This document shows, in pieces, positions 9,093-16,641 of a DNA stretch of 64,000 bases. The notes beneath the pieces are model-generated. The model was not told the origin of the DNA, ran no database searches, and saw only the letters and a program-made list of their open reading frames with translations. Each line of letters starts with the position of its first letter. Position 1 is the first letter of the stretch. Made by a program: the position numbers and the translations under genes. The DNA is from Patescibacteria group bacterium (GTDB lineage Bacteria > Patescibacteriota > JACPGU01). The DNA lies in contig JAKLDG010000001.1 in NCBI GenBank assembly GCA_022703645.1, positions 507,918-571,917 on the forward strand. The letters run 5' to 3'.

Positions 9093-9162
9093 AAAAGAAA
9101 AATATAGTCGCGGAGCAACACCGAATTTTTAATTTTTAATATTTAATTCTGGTTTTTTATAA

Positions 9163-9235
9163 AGCCGCCCATCGGACTCGAACCGATGACCTGCCGCTTA
9201 CAAGGCGGCTGCTCTACCAACTGAGCTAGGGCGGC
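9163..9235 (-). tRNA. tRNA-Thr (anticodon TGT)
   Basis: Reverse complement GCCGCCC-TA-GCTCAGTTGGTAGAGC-A-GCCGC-CTTGTAA-GCGGC-AGGTC-ATCGG-TTCGAGT-CCGAT-GGGCGGC-T. Confidence 0.8.
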
Positions 9236-9239
9236 GAAA

Positions 9240-9322
9240 TGGTGGGAGCAGGATTTGAACCTACGAAGGCCGAAGCCAACAGATTTACAGTCTGTCCTCG
9301 TTGACCGCTTGAGTATCCCACC
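9240..9322 (-). tRNA. tRNA-Tyr (anticodon GTA), type II with long variable arm
   Basis: Reverse complement GGTGGGATACTCAAGCGGTCAACGAGGACAGACTGTAAATCTGTTGGCTTCGGCCTTCGTAGGTTCAAATCCTGCTCCCACCA. It is nearly collinear with E. coli tRNA-Tyr, with anticodon loop CTGTAAA. Confidence 0.85.
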
Positions 9323-9353
9323 ATAAAATTTTTAATTTTATAATTTTTAATTT

Positions 9354-9725
9354 TTAAAACGAATCTTCAATTGACCGGTCACATTTTCTCGAAATAGCCG
9401 CAAATATCAACGTCAGCTCATGAGCCTCCAACCATAATATCCTACATCTCCTACATCGATCAATATGGCTCTCATTTGAAGTTCCTATCATTCTTAGCCA
9501 ATACTTTGTTTCGTTGGCTTCTTTTTGACAAATTCGTGTTTTGTTCTTAAAATCCTTCTTACTGCTTGCTCCATTAGCTTCCATATAATTAGCTCCGATA
9601 CTTGTTGCTGATCTAACTATCTGAGAAATTAAAGGTCTCGATATTTCATTCCCGTCAATCCCCATGCAAAATTTTATAACATTTTCACCAAACCGCGCAA
9701 CCCTCTCTTCTAAATCATAGTTCAT
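9354..9725 (-). CDS. Four-helix-bundle protein (TIGR02436 / '23S rRNA intervening-sequence protein' family)
   Basis: 123 aa with the characteristic segment SQIVRSATSIGANYMEANGASSKKDFKNKTRICQKEANETKYWLRM. This family is very common in CPR genomes near rRNA/tRNA loci and introns. The gene is flanked by inverted copies of AATTTTTAATTTTTAA (9343-9358 and 9753-9768). Confidence 0.7.
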   Translation of the reverse strand: MNYDLEERVARFGENVIKFCMGIDGNEISRPLISQIVRSATSIGANYMEANGASSKKDFKNKTRICQKEANETKYWLRMIGTSNESHIDRCRRCRILWLEAHELTLIFAAISRKCDRSIEDSF

Positions 9726-9768
9726 TTGTGCGTTTATTTAAAAATTACAAAATTAAAAATTAAAAATT

Positions 9769-10482
9769 TTACTCAATTCCCTTCATCTCTGCTATTTTAT
9801 CTGTAACTTCACGGATTAATTTTTGGTAATCTTCGTTATCTTTATCCAAAACCAAAGCTTTTTTGTAAGCATCAATCGCTTTATCATAACGTCTTAATGC
9901 CGCAAAGGCAAGACCGAGATTAATATAGCGGTGTGGAACAAGACTATTTAATTGAATAGATTTTTGATATGCATCTATGGCCTCTACATATCTGCCTTGA
10001 TTAAATAATGATAAACCAAGATTATTATAAGTTAAATCATTGTGCTTATCATACTTTAAAGCAATTTTAAAAGATTCTTTAGCATCGGAGTAAACTCCCT
10101 GCTCAAGATAAATAATTCCTAATTTATTATATATTTTAGAATTTGTCGGGTCAATCTCCAATCCTCCAATTAAAACCCTTTCTGCCTCACCATACTCTTT
10201 TTTCTCCATAAATTTATCAGCCTTTTCTATTAATAGGTCCATTGATGCTTCATCTTTGCTTGTTTTTTCTTTTCTAATTGAAAGCATTTTCTTGCCGGTT
10301 TTTCTTTTTTTATTAAAATAGTCTTCTTCCGATGCCTCAAATTTATTCATTTGCTGGATCATGCCATCTCCATTTTCTGAACCTTCCGGAATGTTTTTCA
10401 ATTCACCTGATACCGCGGGAAACTTTCGGGCAATTATAATAAATATGACCGCCAGCGCTATTAATAAAATTATTATTTCCAT
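9769..10482 (-). CDS. Membrane-anchored TPR repeat protein
   Basis: N-terminal TM (MEIIILLIALAVIFIIIA). Multiple TPR signatures (YNKLGIIYLEQGVYSDAKESFKIALKYD, YNNLGLSLFNQGRYVEAIDAYQKSIQLN, YINLGLAFAALRRYDKAIDAYKKALVLD). Confidence 0.7.
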   Translation of the reverse strand: MEIIILLIALAVIFIIIARKFPAVSGELKNIPEGSENGDGMIQQMNKFEASEEDYFNKKRKTGKKMLSIRKEKTSKDEASMDLLIEKADKFMEKKEYGEAERVLIGGLEIDPTNSKIYNKLGIIYLEQGVYSDAKESFKIALKYDKHNDLTYNNLGLSLFNQGRYVEAIDAYQKSIQLNSLVPHRYINLGLAFAALRRYDKAIDAYKKALVLDKDNEDYQKLIREVTDKIAEMKGIE

Positions 10483-10640
10483 ATTATTTTGTCCTATTGT
10501 TGTTTTATTTCTATTATATTCTATGTCTGATAAATATTAACTTATTCAAAACATGAAATTCAGAAATTAAGAAATTCAAGAAATTATAATTTCTCCTAAT
10601 TTCGCACCCAGCATAATTTCCCAATTTCTATCCCTACATT

Positions 10641-11462
10641 TTAATCGTTTTCATCATCTTTTTCAACTTTTTCTCCTATTTGAACTTCAATTCTACTCTT
10701 ATCCTTATCTACCTCAACCAATACAGACTGTTTTATAATATTTTGGTCTATTACCACACCCATACCTTTTTTTGTCTTAATTTTACTGCCTAATTCTGGA
10801 AGATTTTTCACTAATGATTCATAAACTTCAGCCTCGTAGGCGAGACAACACATTAGTTTTCCACATACACCGCTTATTTTACCACTCCCCTTTCCAGCAA
10901 GATTTTGAGACTTTGCCATATCCATTGTAATACTTTCAAGGTTTTGCAAGAAACTCGAGCAACAGAAAGGCCTACCGCATCTCCCAAATCCGCCAAGAAA
11001 TCTCGCCGTATCTTTTGGCCCAATTTGTCTCAAGACTACTTGTTTTTTCAGCTTTGTTGTCAGGTCCTTTACTAATTGACGGAAATCAACTCTGCTTTCT
11101 GACGAAAAAATGAATGTTACCTTGCTTTCATCAAAACCAAAATTGGCATCCAATATTTTCATATTTAAATCATGTTTTGCAACCAACTCAACCGCTATTT
11201 TCAGATATCTTGCTTTTTCTTTTTCCTGTTCTTTTATAATACCATAATCGCTTTCGTCAAAAGCCCGAATAACAGGAAGAAGTTCCCTTTCCTTTGAACG
11301 CGAGTCCATATCTCGAAGATTCACAACCTCTCCTACCTCTTTTCCGAAAGAAGTTTCAACTACCACCATATCTCCTTTTTTTAATTCAATACCGTTCGGA
11401 TCAAAATGATATATCCTGCCGCCTTTGTGAAATCTAATTCCTGCGATAACTTTCATGACCAC
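10641..11462 (-). CDS. ricT: PSP1 C-terminal domain protein (RicT/YaaT-like)
   Basis: It has the conserved Cys cluster GRCGRPFCCSSFL...GVCGKLMCCLAYE and the N-terminal ...YHFDPNGIELKKGDMVVVETSFGKEVG region. It sits immediately downstream of holB, the conserved holB-yaaT arrangement. Confidence 0.8.
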   Translation of the reverse strand: MVMKVIAGIRFHKGGRIYHFDPNGIELKKGDMVVVETSFGKEVGEVVNLRDMDSRSKERELLPVIRAFDESDYGIIKEQEKEKARYLKIAVELVAKHDLNMKILDANFGFDESKVTFIFSSESRVDFRQLVKDLTTKLKKQVVLRQIGPKDTARFLGGFGRCGRPFCCSSFLQNLESITMDMAKSQNLAGKGSGKISGVCGKLMCCLAYEAEVYESLVKNLPELGSKIKTKKGMGVVIDQNIIKQSVLVEVDKDKSRIEVQIGEKVEKDDEND

Positions 11463-11468
11463 CTCCTG

Positions 11469-12434
11469 CTACATTTGTAATATAAAGTCTTCTATCAAAA
11501 GACGCTTTGAGGCATTAGTTTCAAGTTTAGCCAATAATAAAAATAAGCTCGTAAGCGTCTTTACTATTTTATCATATTCTAAATTTTTTTCCAAGCTTTC
11601 AAACACTTTTTTGTTAATATCTTGCATTTGCTCATTTCCCTGTTTTGACAATAGTAAGTGGTAAAGTATCAAAACCCATGTTTGAATCGTTTCTTTTACT
11701 TCTCCCCTGTCATCAATCTTTTTCGCTAGAATCATTTTTTTGAATAGGTCACTATTTACCAATAATATATTCAATTCCTCTGCGAAAGCTCTCGAATTTT
11801 CTTCGATTAACTCCTTTTCAATAATATTTCTGTCTAAAAATGTATTTATGTTACCAAGATTAAAAAAATAGTAAAGGTCGGCCAATCCACTGGTATTGAA
11901 TTTTGTATCTATAAAGCCTTTAATCTTTTTGAGGCTTGGTCGGGCAAAAAAAACCGCTGGACAGCGTGAGAGTACTGTCTTTGGCAATAATTCTTTATTA
12001 TCTGTTATCAAAATTATCAAAGAATTAGAGGGCGGCTCTTCGAGGGTCTTGAGCAATAGATCCTTTGATTGGTAGCCAATATTCTGCGCATTGTTAATTA
12101 TGATTATTTTTTTCTTTCCATAATAAGATGAGAGTTCGACATTTTTCTTGGCTTCTACTATATCCTCTTTAAGAATTTCTTCATCCTTGCCCTTATTCAG
12201 TATAAATCCCCCTGAAATATAGCCATTTTTACTCATTTTACACGATTTACACTCACCACAAGGATATTCTGATTCTTTACCATCGCATTGGATGTAGCGA
12301 GCAAGTTCTATTGCAAAAAGGAATTTCCCGCTTCCAGCCGGACCATAAAAAACATAGGTATGGTGAAGTTTGCCATTTTTCACAGCATTTTTGAAGAAAT
12401 CAAAGTTTTTTTTGTGAACATCAAGAATATTCAT
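11469..12434 (-). CDS. holB: DNA polymerase III delta' subunit
   Basis: AAA+ Walker A (HTYVFYGPAGSGKF) and a zinc-module Cys cluster (CDGKESEYPCGECKSCK); 321 aa. Its synteny with the PSP1 gene supports the call. Confidence 0.8.
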   Translation of the reverse strand: MNILDVHKKNFDFFKNAVKNGKLHHTYVFYGPAGSGKFLFAIELARYIQCDGKESEYPCGECKSCKMSKNGYISGGFILNKGKDEEILKEDIVEAKKNVELSSYYGKKKIIIINNAQNIGYQSKDLLLKTLEEPPSNSLIILITDNKELLPKTVLSRCPAVFFARPSLKKIKGFIDTKFNTSGLADLYYFFNLGNINTFLDRNIIEKELIEENSRAFAEELNILLVNSDLFKKMILAKKIDDRGEVKETIQTWVLILYHLLLSKQGNEQMQDINKKVFESLEKNLEYDKIVKTLTSLFLLLAKLETNASKRLLIEDFILQM

Positions 12435-12503
12435 TGAGTATTGGATATTTTAACGTTTTTATTATATAATTAACATTATACTACAAATAATATTTTTACA
12501 CAT

Positions 12504-12818
12504 ATGACAAAATTTGAGGACAAAGTGTTAACCTGCGAAGAATGCGGAACAGAATTTGTCTGGGATGCTTCCGAGCAGGCTTATTTTGCAAAAAAAGGAT
12601 TTAAAAAAGTTCCAAAAAGATGCCGCGCCTGCAGAGCGGCCAGAAAGATTGAAGAGGAAAAAGAAAAAAAGAATGAAAAAGAGATTACTTGCATAAAATG
12701 CGGAAAAAAAGGGGTAACTTCACAGGAGCTAAAAGAAGGAGAGGAAATCTATTGCATGGATTGTTATCTAAAAGAACGGGAAAATCCATCATCAAATACC
12801 CAAGTCAAAACTGAATAA
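12504..12818 (+). CDS. Small CxxC zinc-ribbon domain protein
   Basis: 104 aa with two CxxC pairs (CEECGTEF..AYFAKKGFKKVPKRCRACR; CIKCG...YCMDCY). It resembles the 'probable zinc-ribbon' (zf-trcl-like) family. Confidence 0.5.
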   Translation: MTKFEDKVLTCEECGTEFVWDASEQAYFAKKGFKKVPKRCRACRAARKIEEEKEKKNEKEITCIKCGKKGVTSQELKEGEEIYCMDCYLKERENPSSNTQVKTE

Positions 12819-12863
12819 CTCTTATTAGCGTCATTCGCGTGTCATTCGCGACATTCGTGTAGC

Positions 12864-12900
12864 TTTCAAAAAATAAGCCCCGATCCTCTATTGAGGATCG
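12864..12900 (-). terminator. Rho-independent terminator downstream of the 12917..13153 gene (possibly bidirectional)
   Basis: Hairpin CGATCCTC-TATT-GAGGATCG. On the minus strand it is followed by TTATTTTTT (A-run on the plus strand). Confidence 0.55.
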
Positions 12901-12916
12901 AAGCATATGAAATAGG

Positions 12917-13153
12917 TCAAACTTTTGCCTTAAAGCTTTTCCTGAGAGCCCTTTTTGTACCGGGCTTAAATGTTTTTGTTGCGCCGCACTTCTTGCAGTT
13001 CAATTCGTAGGTATTCGTTTTGTGGTTATATGTGACCTCATCACCCCACTTGTGATTTTGCGCTTCGCAAACCTTTCTTTTGATTTTCTTAATGCCTTTC
13101 TTTACTCCCCCTTTAACCTTATGAGCTACCTTTTTGATTTTTTTTCGCACCAA
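12917..13153 (-). CDS. Small highly basic hypothetical protein with a CxxC...CxxC motif
   Basis: 78 aa, Lys/Arg-rich N-terminus, CEAQNH...CKKCG. It lies just downstream of rpmB and could be nucleic-acid-binding. There is no family assignment. Confidence 0.4.
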   Translation of the reverse strand: MVRKKIKKVAHKVKGGVKKGIKKIKRKVCEAQNHKWGDEVTYNHKTNTYELNCKKCGATKTFKPGTKRALRKSFKAKV

Positions 13154-13208
13154 AAAAACCTCCCTTCGAAAGAATTGATATTTTGATCAAACTTGGAGAA
13201 AAAACCAA

Positions 13209-13394
13209 TTATTTGGTCTTACCAAGAGATTTCAAACATTTTGCGCAAACCTTGAGACGAATCTTTTGCCCCTTATTATTTACCGTAACAGCTTGAAGAT
13301 TAGGAGAAAAAGTCCTTCTAGTTTTTCTATTGGAATGGGAAACATTGTTCCCCGTACCTTTTGATTTTGAACAAACATCACAAACCTTTGACAT
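13209..13394 (-). CDS. rpmB: 50S ribosomal protein L28
   Basis: MSKVCDVCSKSKGTGNNVSHSNRKTRRTFSPNLQ... matches the L28 signature (M.(K/R)VC..(C/T)GK....GNN.SH(S/A)...(T/K).RR(F/W).PNL). Confidence 0.85.
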   Translation of the reverse strand: MSKVCDVCSKSKGTGNNVSHSNRKTRRTFSPNLQAVTVNNKGQKIRLKVCAKCLKSLGKTK

Positions 13395-13561
13395 GGTGAA
13401 ATAATTAATTTAATATGAAAGTATCCACTTGTTAAGTGTATCAAAGTTTTCCCCTTAAGTCAATGCTATATATCCAATTGAATATTGTAAAATTGAGAAT
13501 TGATTGAAAATTGGAAATTGAAAATTTAAAATTTACTATAAATTATAAATAAAAACATAAT

Positions 13562-14230
13562 ATGATTTTTCAATTATTACAGAATCCCTTAATTTTAGTT
13601 TTCTTTCTCGTAAGTATTATCTTGGCGGTTGCTTTTCATGAATTTTGCCATGCCTGGGCTGCAACACGCCTTGGCGATTTTACCGCGAAATACCAAGGAA
13701 GACTAACTTTAAACCCGTTAAAACATCTTGATCCGATCGGTTTTATCCTTATGCTTGTGGCTGGATTTGGCTGGGGAAAGCCAGTACCCGTAAACAGTAA
13801 TGCATTGAAAAAAAGAAGTGACGAAGCGTTGATATCCGTCGCCGGTCCAGTATCGAATGTAATCTTTGCCTTCATTGTTGCAATACCTTTATTAATTCTT
13901 CAGAATTTTTCATCCCTTCCTGAAACAAATGCAATTCTAGTATTTCTCTCAACTCTATTGGAAGTAAATATATTACTTGGAGTTTTTAATCTTATTCCCC
14001 TGCCACCACTAGATGGGTTCAACATTGTCAGATCTTTAACTCCTAATGCATGGCAGCCTTCTATTGAGAAATTTGGGAAAAGCGGACCGGCAATTCTAAT
14101 TGGAATTATTGCCCTAGATTATATAACAGGAATTGACCTTCTTTATCCCTTGATAATGGGAGGAGAAAGAATAGTTAGCGGGGTAATATCTCAATCAATT
14201 ATGTTCTTCATTGATTTAATTAAGCATTAA
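13562..14230 (+). CDS. Site-2 protease family (peptidase M50) zinc metalloprotease
   Basis: Multi-pass membrane protein. It has an HExxH motif in a TM helix (AFHEFCHAWAA) and a C-terminal LIPLPPLDG motif typical of S2P/M50. Confidence 0.75.
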   Translation: MIFQLLQNPLILVFFLVSIILAVAFHEFCHAWAATRLGDFTAKYQGRLTLNPLKHLDPIGFILMLVAGFGWGKPVPVNSNALKKRSDEALISVAGPVSNVIFAFIVAIPLLILQNFSSLPETNAILVFLSTLLEVNILLGVFNLIPLPPLDGFNIVRSLTPNAWQPSIEKFGKSGPAILIGIIALDYITGIDLLYPLIMGGERIVSGVISQSIMFFIDLIKH

Positions 14231-14423
14231 ATAATTAACGATAATTCACGTTTTAACAAACCCTGTTTTGAGATGGGGCTAGTGGTTTAAGATCGACCTA
14301 CAATTTTTATTAGGGAGCTCACTATATGATTTCGCTGATGTGAAGTCATGAGAGCACCCACCTAGATTATCTAGGTCACGATCTTTTCTCATTTGGCCCT
14401 ATCTTAAAGCAGAGTTTTTGTGC

Positions 14424-14497
14424 CGGGGCATGGGATAGTGGCAGTCCGCAAGGCTGGGGGTCTTGTAGCGGCGGTTCGATTCCGCCTGCCCCGACCA
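14424..14497 (+). tRNA. tRNA-Pro (anticodon GGG), CCA encoded
   Basis: CGGGGCA-TG-GGAT-AGTGGCA-GTCC-G-CAAGG-CTGGGGG-TCTTG-TAGC-GGCGG-TTCGATT-CCGCC-TGCCCCG-A-CCA. It has the C1:G72 pair and A73 typical of bacterial tRNA-Pro, and G37. Confidence 0.75.
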
Positions 14498-14861
14498 ACC
14501 GAAACAATTTGCGAATTCAGTGCAAGAATTCAGTTGTTGGCTATCTTATCTGTATTTTATTTGGCAGCATTTCAAAATATAATCAGAAACCTGCGCCAGA
14601 TGCGAGCAAGAAGCACCTTTCGGTCTCAAAGTACTTTTTTGATTTTTATTAAAATCAAAACTATGACTTTATCATAGAGCCTTAAGTTTTCGGCGGTTCC
14701 AGTCCTTAGACTAAAACACATTGCCTATTCTGTGGCTTAGTATAGCATTTTTTTGAGAGTAAAAAAAGAGCGAGATTTTCGTGAGAAAAAATCGCTCTAT
14801 TATTTCAGAGAAAAAGATCAAGGGTTCAAAAAATTCAAGAACCCAAGATTCAGGATTCGGA

Positions 14862-15809
14862 TCACTCCGGGAGAAACCCAGACACCGAAGCATAGGAGCC
14901 GCCGTAGCTGTCAATACTGCGCGCACCGAACCTCACCCCGCCGCCGCCAAAGTCGAAGTAAGGCGCACTACTGCAGAGATTGAAATCGTTATCAAAAAGA
15001 GACTGATCTCCGGCGCAATCCATGTCCAGCTCCTCCCAACGAGAAAGTCGTTTATGGTGAGTTAAGATAACAGAGCCGATCTCAAGAGACCCCTCACCGA
15101 ACTCCCCACCGAACTCTCGTCGAATATACAGCTTATGCCCCCCTTGAACTGACTTGCCTCGCCATCTCATGCCGAGTTGCATGGGGTGAATAATGATGTC
15201 AGCTCCCTTTTGCATTTCGATGAGGCGATCTATCATATCGGCTGTCCGTGAAAGTCGACCAAAGTAACCCGGCGTAATCTGCACTCCTTGATATTTATAA
15301 AAATTCCCTCTCGATAAAGCAATCTTTTCCAGAACCAGATTTACACCGGAGCAATAGCGCGCAGGGCGGTCCTCCACCTTCGGATAAAACTTTTCTGCCA
15401 GCGCGTACTCGTTCGGAACTGCAAAAGGACCCTCCACCCATTTTGGCAAAACGAGTTTCGGATACACGTCACACATATAGCGGAATGTCGGCTCCGGGTC
15501 AAGGCGGGGGAAATATTTTAGGAGTATCTCCACCTGCTTTTCGATTGGCTTCGGTCCCCTGTACTCCGGCGGGTAAGTATATTTTGACTTCACTTCCTTG
15601 TCGGCGAAATCCTTGGGTGTGCGGTTTTTCGCAATAAACTGCGCGAACATTTCAGCAAGACCCGGGGTTTCGTTAATACGCTGAGCCTCTTCATCGGAAA
15701 GCTCAGCCTTGTCATACTGTGTCTCCACGATAGACATGCACTTGCGACCTTTCGGATCTCGGTGTGTAACTTTCGACGGGGCCAATGTTTTATCTTCCAT
15801 CGGAACCAT
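14862..15809 (-). CDS. Orphan hypothetical protein with anomalously high GC (putative horizontally acquired gene)
   Basis: 315-aa ORF. Its DNA is visibly GC-richer (about 50%) than its surroundings, with different codon usage (GCC/CCG/CGC-rich). It is flanked by ~350 bp and ~520 bp of non-coding DNA, immediately 3' of tRNA-Pro. I recognise no family; the C-terminus is Gly/Ser/Tyr-rich (FDFGGGGVRFGARSIDSYGGSYASVSG). Confidence 0.5.
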   Translation of the reverse strand: MVPMEDKTLAPSKVTHRDPKGRKCMSIVETQYDKAELSDEEAQRINETPGLAEMFAQFIAKNRTPKDFADKEVKSKYTYPPEYRGPKPIEKQVEILLKYFPRLDPEPTFRYMCDVYPKLVLPKWVEGPFAVPNEYALAEKFYPKVEDRPARYCSGVNLVLEKIALSRGNFYKYQGVQITPGYFGRLSRTADMIDRLIEMQKGADIIIHPMQLGMRWRGKSVQGGHKLYIRREFGGEFGEGSLEIGSVILTHHKRLSRWEELDMDCAGDQSLFDNDFNLCSSAPYFDFGGGGVRFGARSIDSYGGSYASVSGFLPE

Positions 15810-16329
15810 CTCCTTTCAGTACAATGCTCTTCAGCTTTTTAACCCAGATACTCGGGTTTTTAAGGTTCATAAAATCTGAACCGTCTATCTGTTAAATTAT
15901 ACCACGAAACTAAATAAAAGTAAAGTATTTTAGTCGGTTAAGCCATTTTATTCGCAACTATCTTTGTTATACATCTTATTCTTTTATTTTTCATTCCAAA
16001 ACCTTTATCTTTTTATCTATCCCTGCTATAATAAATCAAATTTCAAAATAGCCGCAATTTCCTAAATCGTGGCAAGAAGCGAAGGCGGAAAATTGAGCGG
16101 AAAATTCGGATTCGGGGTTTTTGGGCGGAACAATTCTGCCCCCATCAGAATGCTCCGCCCAAAATGAGATTCAGAAATTCTTATTCGGGTTTTCTTCATA
16201 AAAATTTCGCGCTTCGTTCAATAGTTGCGACCAAAAAAATCACTTCCCTCTTTTGCAAAATAGAGTTATATTATAAATAAATCAATTAATCAATAAAGCA
16301 AGGAAACAAAAAATCAATAAAAAATCATT

Positions 16330-16632
16330 ATGAAATCAAACAAAAATGAACTCGGTTTTTCTGTTTTTGGAACCATTTTTGCAGTTGTGCTATTAATTGT
16401 ATTAATTGGTGCCGGATATTTTGCTTATCAACTCGTAAAAGACAACAAGAATAATTTAACAACTAAGAACGCGAAAGATATGATCACGAACCAAGTCGGC
16501 AAAACCAAAAATGAGATCGATTCCGCTGCCAGTAGTGCTGCAACCAGCGCCATAAATGAGATAAAAGACAGCGCAGCAAATAGTGCCAAAGGCGCGGTAA
16601 ATGATACTGTAAATAATGTTTTAGGAAAATAA
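16330..16632 (+). CDS. Small membrane-anchored hypothetical protein
   Basis: 100 aa, N-terminal TM (FSVFGTIFAVVLLIVLIGAGYFAY), then a low-complexity Ser/Ala/Asn tail. It sits immediately upstream of the 756-aa gene. Confidence 0.5.
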   Translation: MKSNKNELGFSVFGTIFAVVLLIVLIGAGYFAYQLVKDNKNNLTTKNAKDMITNQVGKTKNEIDSAASSAATSAINEIKDSAANSAKGAVNDTVNNVLGK

Positions 16633-16641
16633 AAATCAAAT

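Noticed and set aside
9093-9162. Looked for a hidden tRNA-Gly between the two tRNA-Thr genes (as in thrU-tyrU-glyT-thrT clusters)
   Set aside because: The spacer is only 70 nt, has no T-arm GTTCGA-like box, and is mostly AT repeat (AATTTTTAATTTTTAAT).
14276-14497. Possible short tmRNA (GGGGCU... 5' end pairing with ...GCCCCGACCA 3' end)
   Set aside because: The 3' part folds as a complete canonical tRNA-Pro on its own (C1:G72, A73, anticodon GGG, G37). A 222-nt tmRNA would lack a recognisable tag-reading-frame/pseudoknot region. I therefore kept tRNA-Pro and flagged the upstream piece as unassigned.
14420-15065. + strand ORFs 14420..14677, 14753..14983 and 14781..15065 around tRNA-Pro and the GC-rich gene
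   Set aside because: The first overlaps the tRNA-Pro gene itself. The others are Arg/Ser-rich reverse-frame products of the GC-rich minus-strand ORF.
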